Assembly (NCBI GenBank): GCA_964408365.1
Contig: CAYOZB010000001.1
Coordinates: 2,157 to 66,156 of the forward strand
DNA length: 64,000 nucleotides
From: an uncultured Halobacteriales archaeon
Lineage (GTDB): Archaea; Thermoplasmatota; E2; JACPAO01
Direction: 5' to 3'
A program made the position numbers and the translations under genes. Position 1 is the first letter of the stretch, and each line of letters begins with the position of its first letter. Below are positions 45,063-54,267 of this stretch, in pieces. The notes under the pieces were generated by a model. It did no database searches. It saw only the letters and a program-made list of their open reading frames with translations, and was not told the origin of the DNA.

Positions 45063-45863
45063 ATGCTGAACTTCAGTCGTGGCGTACGCATGGCGGCCCA
45101 AGCCGTGATGAACGGGAAACCACCTGTTGCACCCATGCAACGACAAGGGGCGCCGGATGTGGATTATGCGAGCCTGGCGGACTTTCTGAGCGCCCTTGCG
45201 TACCCGACGCGGCTGGAACTCCTTCGCGTCCTTCGATTCCCGCACATCGCAAGCGAGATCCGGATTGCGCCTCTTCGCGTCGAACGCGGCGAGAACCCCA
45301 GGCGGACCGCCAGCAAGCAGACGATCCAGGCGCACCTCGACAAACTCGTGGATGCTGGCCTGGTGCGGGTAGAATCGTCGGGCGAAGAGGGGAGAAAGCG
45401 ACGCGTGTACAGCGTCAACAGCCAGAAAGTGTACGCGGTCACCGAGGATCTGAGAAAGGTGTCCACCATCTACGCCGGTCGGGGTGCGGTCGGCGAGGCG
45501 ACAGGCACACTGGTCCAGTCGCCGCCTACGAACGATCCACTCCCGGGCCCCCGGCTCGTGCTCGTGCATGGACTCTACGAAGGAAAATCGTTCCCACTCG
45601 ACGAGCGGATCGCGCCTGACGGCGCGTGGGTCATCGGCCGGCGACGCGGGCTGGCCATCTCCCTCGACTACGACCCATACGTTTCTCTCGAGAACAGTGT
45701 CGTCCGTCGCCAAGGCAACCAACTCACGGTCGAAGACCTGCCGGAGAGCAAGAACGGCGTCACGGTGAATTGGGAACCCGTTGCCAAGGGCGCCCGTCGC
45801 GTGCTGAAATCCGCCGATGTGGTGGGCGTGGGGCGTTCGTTGTTGGTCTTCTCGCTGGGATGA
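45063..45863 (+). CDS. ArsR-type winged-helix + C-terminal FHA-domain protein (phospho-threonine-reading transcription regulator)
   Basis: N-terminus LADFLSALAYPTRLELLRVL (ArsR HTH). C-terminus PRLVLVHGLYEGKSFPLDERIAPDGAWVIGRRRG...VSLENSVVRRQGNQLTVEDLPESKNGVTVN (the G-R ... S-x-x-H/N ... N-G-T-x-V-N pattern of an FHA domain). Confidence 0.6.
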   Translation: MLNFSRGVRMAAQAVMNGKPPVAPMQRQGAPDVDYASLADFLSALAYPTRLELLRVLRFPHIASEIRIAPLRVERGENPRRTASKQTIQAHLDKLVDAGLVRVESSGEEGRKRRVYSVNSQKVYAVTEDLRKVSTIYAGRGAVGEATGTLVQSPPTNDPLPGPRLVLVHGLYEGKSFPLDERIAPDGAWVIGRRRGLAISLDYDPYVSLENSVVRRQGNQLTVEDLPESKNGVTVNWEPVAKGARRVLKSADVVGVGRSLLVFSLG

Positions 45864-45867
45864 GACC

Positions 45868-47790
45868 CTAGTGCAACGCGGCCGTCAACGCGCGACGCAT
45901 CTCGGCGGCGCTCGAAAACCGTTTTTCGGGCGCGAGGGCGCGCGCGAACCAGGCCCGGAGCTTCGACGGCTTCACGTTCCCCTTGAAGTCCCGCAGGGCG
46001 CCGACGCGCATCCTGAGCTCGATGGCGCTCTCGTCCGGCAGGCGCTCGATCACGGGGCGTCCCGTGCGGGCCTCGTACATGGTGGCTGCGGCGCTGTAGA
46101 GATCGCTCAACACGGTGAGCCGCTTGCCGCGCGCCTGCTCGGGAGACATGTATTGGGCCGTGCCAGACCCGGAACCCCCGATGGTGGTCTCGAACCCGGC
46201 GAGCTGTGCGATTCCGAAGTCGGCCAGCTTGGCGCGGCCATCGCGCGTCAGCAGAATGTTGCTGGGTTTCACGTCGCGGTGAACGGCCCCTGCGGCGTGC
46301 ACGGCTTCGAGGGCGGCGAGCACGTCATCGGCGATGCGGGCGAAGGCCGAGTCCGAGAGTGGACCGCTCGTTCGAAGCCTCTCGCGGAGTGATCCGCCGT
46401 CCACGTACTCCATCACGAGCACGGTCTGGTCCCGCACGTTCTCGACGTCGTAGATCCTCACGACATTGGGATGTTCGATGGCGGCGGCGGTCCGCGCTTC
46501 GCGGATGACGGCCGCCTGATCGTCGCTCGGGATGGTCTTGAGAACGACGCGACGGTTCATGCGCACGTCGCTTGCGAGGAACGCCTTTCCGCTCCCACCT
46601 GCGCCGAGCTCGCGTTCGACCCGATACTTTCCAAGAATCGTGGCTCCCGGGACGACTTGGGCGGCGCGGTTTGCGAACGGACTGGCCTCGAGCGCGGCGA
46701 GCATCACGTCGTGGTCGCGCTGTGTGAGACCGAGGCTGTTCCTGAACTCACGAAGCGCGGAGGATTGTTTGGAATCCATCTTGCCGTCCGGTCCGAGCGC
46801 GTCGCGCAGTGCTTCTCGGTAGACCTCGACCTTCTTGCGCATGAGGTAGTCCGGTGTCTTGGAGACGCCGGGAAAGAGGCGGTCGGCAAGGGCGTTCGAG
46901 GCTCGTCGAATGGGGGCGATCGCGATCAGCAGTGCGCCGACGGCCGCGCCGCCCACGAGGATCCCGTACTGTTGTAGATACTGCTGAGCGATGGCACTTC
47001 CAAGCACGAAGGCGCCGACGAAGATGGCGACGAGCGCGCTCCGGGCGACGGCCGCCTTGAGCTTGAGGTCAAAGTCGAACAGTTGGTATCGAAGCAAGGC
47101 GGTGGTGACGAGGGCGCCGAACGCCAGCTGGAGGACGACGTTGGCGATGTCGTGCCCAATCAAGTCGTTCGGTTTGAGAAATATGTACGAGAGCGCCGCA
47201 GCGACGCCGACGTCTTGCGTGGTGAAGGCCAGAAGGTAGGCTTTCGCGCGCCGACGAGGCATCGTCCCTGGGACTGTGCGTCGGAAGGCGGAGATGGCGG
47301 CGACCAGCCCAAAAACCACCATGAACAGGTAGACGAAGAGACCCGTCGTGAGAAGGGGACCGGAATCCCAGGCCCAACCGTGCTCCGGCACCAAGCGTCC
47401 GGGGCCGGTCATGACGGTCTGTGGGAAAAGAAAGGAAATGATGCCGGCCGTGGCCGCCACCAGGATGATCGCGACGCGGAACCAAGCGCGGCGCAACAGA
47501 TTCGTCAACGGTGTCTCGAGGGCGTAGCCGAGGAAGATGGGGTAAGAGGCGAGGCCGCCCCACGCCAAGGCCCATAGGGTCCGGGTGGCATTGTAATCGA
47601 GTGTGCGGTCCGGGAAGAGAGTGCCGAACACGCCCGGGGGCACGGAGATTGCCTTGAACACGATCAAGGCCGCGAGCGCGCGGTTGGTGCCGCGGCGTGG
47701 TCCGGCCGCGAGGATGATGCCGGCGAGGACGAACTCGATCACCATCATGACGATGGTGACGATGGCGACCGTCATTGCGGCGCTGACCAT
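45868..47790 (-). CDS. Membrane-integrated Hanks-type Ser/Thr protein kinase (N-terminal ~8-TM sensor domain, C-terminal kinase)
   Basis: ELGAGGSGKAFLA (G-loop), VVLK (Lys), HRDVKPSNILL (catalytic loop), DFGIA, SPEQ (APE-like). N-terminal 330 aa polytopic. Confidence 0.7.
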   Translation of the reverse strand: MVSAAMTVAIVTIVMMVIEFVLAGIILAAGPRRGTNRALAALIVFKAISVPPGVFGTLFPDRTLDYNATRTLWALAWGGLASYPIFLGYALETPLTNLLRRAWFRVAIILVAATAGIISFLFPQTVMTGPGRLVPEHGWAWDSGPLLTTGLFVYLFMVVFGLVAAISAFRRTVPGTMPRRRAKAYLLAFTTQDVGVAAALSYIFLKPNDLIGHDIANVVLQLAFGALVTTALLRYQLFDFDLKLKAAVARSALVAIFVGAFVLGSAIAQQYLQQYGILVGGAAVGALLIAIAPIRRASNALADRLFPGVSKTPDYLMRKKVEVYREALRDALGPDGKMDSKQSSALREFRNSLGLTQRDHDVMLAALEASPFANRAAQVVPGATILGKYRVERELGAGGSGKAFLASDVRMNRRVVLKTIPSDDQAAVIREARTAAAIEHPNVVRIYDVENVRDQTVLVMEYVDGGSLRERLRTSGPLSDSAFARIADDVLAALEAVHAAGAVHRDVKPSNILLTRDGRAKLADFGIAQLAGFETTIGGSGSGTAQYMSPEQARGKRLTVLSDLYSAAATMYEARTGRPVIERLPDESAIELRMRVGALRDFKGNVKPSKLRAWFARALAPEKRFSSAAEMRRALTAALH

Positions 47791-47982
47791 TGCTGACCAC
47801 CCACACCGGTCTCGGCCGGTTGTCGACCGACGGGACCCGGTTTAGCGACGCTGCTGGGAAGATATAAGGCCTGGCGGGCCAGCCCCGCTATTGCATGCGA
47901 TCTCTCGTGGCGGTTGCCGGGCTGGGATTGCCAGCGAGTTGGCTGGCAAGCCTATTGGGAGGGACGCCCACTGGGTCGTGAC

Positions 47983-49539
47983 ATGAACCGAGCGTGCCTC
48001 CCGTCGATTTGCCTTCTCCTGCTGGCCGCGTTGGCCGGGTGCGCGTCGACCCAGCCCGAATCGCCAACCATGTCCGGCGATGGCCTGGGTGCCGGCACGC
48101 CTCCCGACGGGCCGGGAGTCGTGTTCTTGAAGCCGCCGACCGAGAGGCCTCTAAAGTTCCACTTCGACCTCCATCTCACCGCGGCGCCTTTTCCGCTTGA
48201 TTGCGGCCCGTCCACTCCGGGCACCTGCCGGGAGTACCTGACCGGCTCCGCCAACCTCAGTGGGGACGTCGTCGGGAACGCCGTGGACTCAGGATTCCTC
48301 TATTGGGAATCGGGATCCCGGTTCAACGCCCGGGAATGGTTTCGCGTGACCGCCGACGTGGCCGGGTGCGGCTCGGGGACTTTCACGCTCGCCAACATCG
48401 GCACTGGCGCGCTCGAGCCCGACGCCGGCGGCGTCATCCACATCCTGGCGGACCTCCACCTTGTCGCCGGCTCGACGTCCACGGGCCTCGTCGGCCTCGT
48501 CGCGATGAACGTCACCGGGGACTGGCGTTTGAACGGCCAGTTCGGCTCCGGCGACCTGGCCGGGACGATCTCGTGCGCCGAAGTCGTTAACGACGAAAAG
48601 GCGAAGGCCGTCGGGCCCGGGGAGCAGGCTTTCAAGTTCCACTTCGACGCGCACCTAACGTTCGCCCCGTACCCTGTCGATTGCGCCGCCGCCAAAACCT
48701 GGGTGTGCGACGAGTACTGGACCGGCAACGTGAATCTCACGGGCGGCCTCGTGGGGACCGCGTCCCTCTCGGGCCACGTCCACCACAAAGGCGGCGCCGT
48801 TGTCTGGGCGCAGGAATACTACCGGTTCAGTGGCACCGTCGCCGGTTGCGGTTCCGGCTCTTTCAGCATGGTCCTCAACGGGACCGTGACCGCGGAGGCC
48901 AACCCGGCGGGTATCAGCCACTTGATGGCACGCGCCGACCTCGTGCCCGGCTCCACATCGACGGGCCTTGCGGGGCTCATGCGCCTGCACGCGCTGGGCG
49001 ACTGGCGGCAGAGCGGCCAGTTCGGGTCCGGGGACCTTGAGGGCACCGTTTCCTGCTCCGACGTGAAGGCCCCCGGCAAGGACGCGGCGCATGCTGCCCG
49101 CGAGCGCCCTCTCAAATTCCACTTCGACGCCCACATCACCCTCGCGCCGGATCCCGTCGACTGCAACGCTGCGCGCGCCTGGGTCTGCGACGAATATTGG
49201 ACGGGCAACGCTGAGATGAGCGGGGGACTCGTCGGCAACGCCATCCTCCAAGGCCATGTCCACTACGACGCCGGCACCCGCGCCTGGGCCCGCGAATCCT
49301 ACGAGTTCAGCGGCCAGGTGCTGGACTGCGGCTCCGGCGCGTTCACCCTTACAGTACCTGGAGCCGGCACCGTCGAGCCCAACACAGGCGGCGTCCTCCA
49401 CCTCCAGGCCGCGGTCGACCTTGTGTCCGGCTCGACCTCCACCGGCCTCTCGAGCCTCGCAAGCATCCACGGGAAGGCAGACATTCGTCTCACGGGACAA
49501 TTCGGTTCCGGCGACGTCGAAGTCACCGTCGCCTGTTAG
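47983..49539 (+). CDS. Secreted lipoprotein, paralog of 43385..45049, with three ~150-aa repeats (KFHFDxHLTxAPxPxDC ... AGCGSG ... GSTSTGL)
   Basis: MNRACLPSICLLLLAALAGCAS lipobox. Repeats at about residues 70, 230 and 380, each with FKFHFD.HLT.AP.P.DC, CGSG(T/S)F and GSTSTGL(V/A/S). Confidence 0.55.
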   Translation: MNRACLPSICLLLLAALAGCASTQPESPTMSGDGLGAGTPPDGPGVVFLKPPTERPLKFHFDLHLTAAPFPLDCGPSTPGTCREYLTGSANLSGDVVGNAVDSGFLYWESGSRFNAREWFRVTADVAGCGSGTFTLANIGTGALEPDAGGVIHILADLHLVAGSTSTGLVGLVAMNVTGDWRLNGQFGSGDLAGTISCAEVVNDEKAKAVGPGEQAFKFHFDAHLTFAPYPVDCAAAKTWVCDEYWTGNVNLTGGLVGTASLSGHVHHKGGAVVWAQEYYRFSGTVAGCGSGSFSMVLNGTVTAEANPAGISHLMARADLVPGSTSTGLAGLMRLHALGDWRQSGQFGSGDLEGTVSCSDVKAPGKDAAHAARERPLKFHFDAHITLAPDPVDCNAARAWVCDEYWTGNAEMSGGLVGNAILQGHVHYDAGTRAWARESYEFSGQVLDCGSGAFTLTVPGAGTVEPNTGGVLHLQAAVDLVSGSTSTGLSSLASIHGKADIRLTGQFGSGDVEVTVAC

Positions 49540-49813
49540 CAACGGGTGCCTTGCTTGGCCGGTGGGGCAAGGGACCGCCATCTCGAATCGTGCTTCCCGC
49601 GCCCTTGGCTGTTAGGCATGTGGCTGGCGCCCCTGAACCGCCACAGAGAACGCGCCGAAACGGCTAGGATTGCACTTTGTGGGAACCAACGCCGAAACTT
49701 GTTGATGGGTTTTACCGGGCGCCGGCGCGTCGCTGCGTGCCGCGCCGCGACGACAAGCGGCGCCGCGGTCAGGTCACCGACTGCGGCTCCGCGTCCATCA
49801 CCTTCTACCCTTG

Positions 49814-49852
49814 TTCTCAGCCAATCACCGTTTCCGGGCTGGGCTACCCCAT
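49814..49852 (-). pseudogene. Truncated tRNA-Leu 5'-half copy (acceptor 5' strand, D-arm and anticodon 5' stem, then divergence)
   Basis: Reverse complement TGGGGTAGCCCAGCCCGGAAACGGTGATTGGCTGAGAAC is about 90% identical to positions 3-41 of the tRNA at 43075-43163 but lacks the 3' half. Confidence 0.4.
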
Positions 49853-49904
49853 AGAATTTTCTTTTCCTTGGGCAGCACTATCATGGCCGGACGCCTGAGG
49901 TCCA

Positions 49905-49972
49905 CTTTGTTCAGCCGTCTCAGCGGCTGGGCCACTCGGGGGTCTTCGGACCCCCGAACCCTCCTTTTCTGC
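49905..49972. repeat. Copy 2 of the ~70-nt hairpin + T-tract repeat
   Basis: ...TTCAGCCGTCTCAGCGGCTGGGCCACTCGGGGGTCTTCGGACCCCCGAACCCTCCTTTTCTG. Sits between tRNA-Leu copy 2 and the tRNA fragment. Confidence 0.5.
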
Positions 49973-49996
49973 CTCCCCTTCCACGATGTGGAGAGG

Positions 49997-50084
49997 CGTG
50001 GGGGGCGGGATTTGAACCCGCGAGGACTGCCACATCCAACTTGGTCCTCAGCCAAGCGCCGTAACCGGTCTGGGCCACCCCCAC
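49997..50084 (-). tRNA. tRNA-Leu (anticodon GAG), type II, canonical stems, no encoded CCA
   Basis: Reverse complement GTGGGGG-TG-GCC-C-AGACCGGTTAC-GGC-G-CTTGG-CTGAGGA-CCAAG-[18-nt variable arm]-GCGGG-TTCAAAT-CCCGC-CCCCCAC-G. All stems pair. Differs from copy 1 in D-loop, anticodon stem, variable arm and T-loop. Confidence 0.7.
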
Positions 50085-50138
50085 ATCGAAATTGTTATTG
50101 CCTTTCCTCACGTAGTGGTCGTGAGGACTGCCAGATCC

Positions 50139-50210
50139 GACTGTGTTCAGCCGTCTCAGCGGCTGGGCCGCTCGGGGGTCGTCGGACCCCCGAACCCTTT
50201 CCTTTTCTGG
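50139..50210. repeat. Copy 3 of the ~70-nt hairpin + T-tract repeat
   Basis: GACTGTGTTCAGCCGTCTCAGCGGCTGGGCCGCTCGGGGGTCGTCGGACCCCCGAACCCTTTCCTTTTCTGG. It is preceded (50120-50135) by a 16-nt copy of the tRNA-2 variable-arm segment GAGGACTGCCAGATCC. Confidence 0.5.
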
Positions 50211-50290
50211 TTCCCACGTTTGCGTGACGCTGTGAGCAAAGCCTAAACCGCGCTGCGCCTTCGGCCGCGCCCACCGAGGCGACGCGTCCC

Positions 50291-51475
50291 ATGGATCTCC
50301 AACTCACCGAAGACCAGAAACTCCTCCGACAGACGGTTCGGCAGTTCGTCGACGACGAGATCAAGCCCCACGTCCGCCAGTGGGAAATCAAAGGCGAGGT
50401 CCCGGACTCGATCTACAAACGCATGGCGGACCAGGGCTTCATGGGCGCCCCGATCCCGGAAGAATACGGCGGCGCCGGCCTTGACCCCGTCTCCTACGCG
50501 ATCCTGACGGAGGAACTCGCGAAAGGTTGCTCCTCATTGCGCACCTCGTTGAGCGTCAATGCGAGCCTTGCGGGGATGACGCTCCTCAAGTTCGGCTCGG
50601 AGGCCCAGAAGGAGAAATGGCTTCGGCCGATCGCGAGCGGGAAAAAGATGGGCGCATGGGCGCTCACGGAAGCGGGTTCTGGTTCCGACGCGGCGGCGAT
50701 GAAGACGCGTGCGGTCCGACGAAGCAAGGACTACGTGGTCAACGGTTCCAAGATGTGGATCAGCAACGGCGCCAAGGCCGACGAGGTCGTCCTGTTCGCG
50801 TCGACGGATCCCAAAAAACGCCACGAAGGCATCTCCACGTTCATCGTCGCGAAGGGCCACAAAGGGTTCCGACCCGGCACCATCGAGACGACCAACAAAC
50901 TCGGGTTGCGCAGTTCCCCGACGGCGGAACTGATCTTCGAAGACTGCTCGTTGCCGGAGGATCAACGGATCGGGAAGGAAGGCCAAGGGTGGGAGATCGC
51001 CATGTACGTGCTCAACAACGGCCGCCTCTCCGTTGCGGCGGGCGCGGTCGGGATCGCGCAGGCGGCGTTCGAGGCGTCGCAGGATTATGTGAAGAAACGC
51101 ACCGCGTTCGAGAAACCGATCGGAAGTTTCCAACTTGTGAAAGCGAAGATCGCCGACATGGCGACGCAGATCGAAGCGGGGCGGCTCCTCGTGTGGAACG
51201 CCGCATTGATGAAGCAACGGTACGAGAACAAGGACTGCACGTTCGACGAGTGGACGCTCGCGGTCTCCAAGGCCAAACTGTTCACTGCGGAGATGTGCGT
51301 GAAGGTCGCGGAGGAAGCGATTCAGATCCATGGAGCGAACGGGTACACGAACGAGTACCCGGTGGAGCGGTATTGGCGGGACGCCAAGATCTGCGGCATC
51401 TACGAGGGGACCAATGAGATCCAACGGCTCATCATCGCGCGGCACGTATTGGGGAAAGAGTTCAGCGCGACGTGA
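50291..51475 (+). CDS. Acyl-CoA dehydrogenase
   Basis: Full-length ACAD architecture; ...[15 protein letters not shown]-terminal signature; FAD/CoA-binding regions. Confidence 0.8.
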   Translation: MDLQLTEDQKLLRQTVRQFVDDEIKPHVRQWEIKGEVPDSIYKRMADQGFMGAPIPEEYGGAGLDPVSYAILTEELAKGCSSLRTSLSVNASLAGMTLLKFGSEAQKEKWLRPIASGKKMGAWALTEAGSGSDAAAMKTRAVRRSKDYVVNGSKMWISNGAKADEVVLFASTDPKKRHEGISTFIVAKGHKGFRPGTIETTNKLGLRSSPTAELIFEDCSLPEDQRIGKEGQGWEIAMYVLNNGRLSVAAGAVGIAQAAFEASQDYVKKRTAFEKPIGSFQLVKAKIADMATQIEAGRLLVWNAALMKQRYENKDCTFDEWTLAVSKAKLFTAEMCVKVAEEAIQIHGANGYTNEYPVERYWRDAKICGIYEGTNEIQRLIIARHVLGKEFSAT

Positions 51476-51484
51476 CGCGACGTT

Positions 51485-52750
51485 CTACGTCGCCTTGCCG
51501 CGCGAAACCTGACGGGGCGCGCGCATCGACGTCGGACGGATCCCGGCGACGAGTTGTTCGACCGCGTTGGCGAAATCGTCGATCTCTTCTTTCCGGTTGT
51601 AGAAGTAGAAACTGGCGCGGACCCAGCCGTCGATGCCCCGGCGTGCAAAATAGGAGGTCACGCAGTGGGCGCCGCTACGCACCGCGACGTTTTTGGCCTG
51701 GTCCAAGTACAAGGCGACGTCGTGCGGACCCAGGCCGTCGACGTTGAACGGCAAGATGCTGCCGCGGTTGGCGGCGGACGGACCGTAGAGGGTCACGCCA
51801 TCGATCTCGCTCAACCGTTTCGTCGCGTGCGCGTTGAGCATGCGGTCGCGCGACTGGATCCAGTCACGTCCCACCTTGTCGAGGAACTCGAGCGCGGCCG
51901 GGAACGCGGCGAGGGCCGCATAGTTCTGAAGCCCTGCCTCGAACCGCATCGGCACGTCGTGCATTTCGAACGATTCGCCTTTGACCGTGTTGACTGCCCC
52001 GCCGCCGTAGATGAGAGGGTCGAGCCCATCGAGTGCCTCCGTGGTTCCCCAAAGGAATCCGAGGCCGCTGGGTCCGAGCATTTTGTGTGCGCTGGCGGCG
52101 ACAAAGTCGGCGCCAAGAAGCCGCACGTCGACGGGTTGGTGGGGAATGGATTGGGCGCAGTCGAGAAGGAGGAGGGCGTCCTGTTCGTGGGCGATGTCTG
52201 CCACCTGTTTCGCGGGGATCTGAGCTCCATCCGCGTTGGACACGTGGACCATGCTCACAAGGCGGAGTTTTGCGCCTGCTGTTTTCACAGCTTTCTCGTA
52301 GGCCCGTTCGTCGAAACTGCCGTCCGCGGCGCTGGCAACGGCCACGACGTTGACCCCGAGACGTTTTCGTAGTTGAAGCCAAGGGATCCAGTTGCTGTTG
52401 TGCTCCTTGTCGGTGGTGAGGACGACGTCGCCGCGCGAGAGTCCCAGACCGTTGGCGACGATGTTGATGGCTTCGGTCGCGCTCTTCGTGAACACGATTT
52501 CTTGAGAAACACGGGCTCCGACGAAGGCTGCCACGCGTCGACGGGCGGCTTCCACTTGGCCGGACACCGCTTCGCCCAACCGGTGGACGCTTCGCCCGCC
52601 GCAGACCGGCGTGTCGCGGTAATACGCAACGGTAGCGTCGATCACCGATTGGGGCTTGAGGCTCGTGCAAGCATTGTCGAAATAGATCGGCCGCTGCTTG
52701 GCCCCCACGTTCAGGATCGGGAACTCTTTCCGGATCCGTTCAATGTCCAC
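51485..52750 (-). CDS. Cysteine desulfurase (class V aminotransferase, SufS/NifS-like)
   Basis: PLP-lysine region SAHKMLGPSGLGFLWG; about 420 aa; N-terminal MDIERIRKEFPIL typical of SufS/CsdA. Confidence 0.75.
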   Translation of the reverse strand: MDIERIRKEFPILNVGAKQRPIYFDNACTSLKPQSVIDATVAYYRDTPVCGGRSVHRLGEAVSGQVEAARRRVAAFVGARVSQEIVFTKSATEAINIVANGLGLSRGDVVLTTDKEHNSNWIPWLQLRKRLGVNVVAVASAADGSFDERAYEKAVKTAGAKLRLVSMVHVSNADGAQIPAKQVADIAHEQDALLLLDCAQSIPHQPVDVRLLGADFVAASAHKMLGPSGLGFLWGTTEALDGLDPLIYGGGAVNTVKGESFEMHDVPMRFEAGLQNYAALAAFPAALEFLDKVGRDWIQSRDRMLNAHATKRLSEIDGVTLYGPSAANRGSILPFNVDGLGPHDVALYLDQAKNVAVRSGAHCVTSYFARRGIDGWVRASFYFYNRKEEIDDFANAVEQLVAGIRPTSMRAPRQVSRGKAT

Positions 52751-53018
52751 GTCGACTCACCTCGGAGAGGCTCGGCGAAAGATCATCCCAGACCGCTTGC
52801 GCCGCAGCCATGTCGAGGGTCTTGATGAGCACGCGACCGTTCTGGAAGATGGTCGCCTCATGTTCCTTTCGGACGATGAGCATCACGCCCGCGTTTACAC
52901 GCGGCTCCCAGCCACGCTTCTCCAACCGTGGCTCCAATGCGGCCAAGTCAAGATTGAGGTCCCCCTCCGGGATCGCCTCCAGGGCGCGCGTCGTCCGGCA
53001 TGGCTGGATCAGAACCAT
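52740..53018 (-). CDS. Small (92 aa) hypothetical protein overlapping the sufS start by 11 nt
   Basis: Only the last 92 codons of track ORF 52740..53339 are protein-like (MVLIQPCRTTRALEAIPEGDLNLDLAALEPRLEKRGWEPRVNAGVMLIVRKEHEATIFQNGRVLIKTLD...). The upstream part is Ser/Thr/Arg-rich. Confidence 0.3.
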   Translation of the reverse strand: MVLIQPCRTTRALEAIPEGDLNLDLAALEPRLEKRGWEPRVNAGVMLIVRKEHEATIFQNGRVLIKTLDMAAAQAVWDDLSPSLSEVSRRGH

Positions 53019-53067
53019 CGGGCCCACGCGACGAGCAAGGCGTTCCGATAAACCTATCGCACGGGGC

Positions 53068-54267
53068 TTAGCGCTTCGCGACCTTGAGTTCCTTGCGCGC
53101 CAGTTCCGTTCCGCGGGCCATGATCTCCATCTTTTTCCGGGAGACCTCCCATGTGCGGGTGCGAAGCCCACAATCCGGGTTGATGTAGATCTTCTCCGGG
53201 TCGCCGCGCATCTTGACCGCGTACAGGATCCGGTCCCGCACGAGCTCGGGCGTCTCCAGGTTGTCCGTGTGCACGTCGAGGACGCCGACACCGACCTCGA
53301 AATCGGTCTTGTGGTCCTTGAACAACTTGATCGTCTCATACCCAGGTCGCTCGCCTTCCTTGACGCCAGTTTCCTGGCTGTCCTTGTTCGCGTATTCGAG
53401 CGTGAACTGGGCGCAGTTCTCGAGCTTCGTGACGGCCGGCCACATCAAACGGTAGTCGCTGAAGCAGATGTGGATCGTGAACCGACCCTTCAAGCCCTTC
53501 ACGGACTCGTTGAACGTGTCCACGACGAGATCCACCTCGTCCGGACGCGTGATGGCGGCGGGTTCGTCGATCTGGATCGAATGCGCGCCCGCGTCGACCA
53601 GGGCTTTGATGTTGGGCCGCAACACGTTCTTCGCGAGATCGATACCGAAGTGTCGACGGGCCTCGTCGAGCACTTCGCGTCGTCGTCGGCCGTTCTGCTT
53701 GACCTTGCCGATGTAGTACTCGTCGAAGCTCCAATCCATCAACGTGTACGCGCCCGTGATTGGGATCTTCACCGGCTTCGTGGCGTACTTCTTGATGATC
53801 TTGAGTTCCTCGTTGTGGTAGAACTCTGTGGGCTTGACCGGACCCACGACGGCCTGTTTGAGGTAATACCGGTTGTCGAAGCTCCGCACATAGCCGCGGG
53901 GTTCGAAGTTCTGGATGTGCTTGACCGCGTAATCGTACATCTCGGTACGGTGCTGTTCCCCATCGTAGACGATGTCGAGACCGATCTTCTCTTGCCAACC
54001 GATGGCAAGGGCGGAGGCGAATTCTTTCACCTCTTGCTTCTCCTTCGGCTCGAGTCCCTGCTTCTTCAGAAGCTGCAGCAGGCGGTCGCCGTCCTTGAGT
54101 CGGAGTTCCTTCACCAAGGACTCGGCTTCCTTGTAGGCGGCCGGGGCGACCGGTTTTCCGGACAGCGCTTGGATGCGCCAGACCGGTTTTGCGAGGCTTC
54201 CGATCTCTTGGAGCGGGAAAAGGGGCAACGTCTGGGCGCCGGCGCCGGTCTTGACGGTCGGGCTCAT
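53068..54267 (-). CDS. metE: Cobalamin-independent methionine synthase, catalytic (MetE C-terminal-type) protein
   Basis: Archaeal-type short MetE. ...IHICFSDYRL... and ...INPDCGLRTR... zinc-ligand regions (His/Cys/Glu/Cys). Start at M35 of the track ORF. Confidence 0.75.
   Translation of the reverse strand: MSPTVKTGAGAQTLPLFPLQEIGSLAKPVWRIQALSGKPVAPAAYKEAESLVKELRLKDGDRLLQLLKKQGLEPKEKQEVKEFASALAIGWQEKIGLDIVYDGEQHRTEMYDYAVKHIQNFEPRGYVRSFDNRYYLKQAVVGPVKPTEFYHNEELKIIKKYATKPVKIPITGAYTLMDWSFDEYYIGKVKQNGRRRREVLDEARRHFGIDLAKNVLRPNIKALVDAGAHSIQIDEPAAITRPDEVDLVVDTFNESVKGLKGRFTIHICFSDYRLMWPAVTKLENCAQFTLEYANKDSQETGVKEGERPGYETIKLFKDHKTDFEVGVGVLDVHTDNLETPELVRDRILYAVKMRGDPEKIYINPDCGLRTRTWEVSRKKMEIMARGTELARKELKVAKR

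Noticed and set aside
48655-49581. 308-aa minus-strand ORF
   Set aside because: Antisense to the secreted repeat lipoprotein B; Ala/Gly/Arg-rich.
50534-51445. 303-aa minus-strand ORF
   Set aside because: Antisense to the acyl-CoA dehydrogenase; Arg/Asp/Leu low-complexity.
53019-53339. Upstream 107 codons of ORF 52740..53339
   Set aside because: Ser/Thr/Arg-rich (MRRSSCSRTTRPISRSVSASSTC...), non-protein-like. Only the C-terminal 92 codons are retained as a possible small gene.
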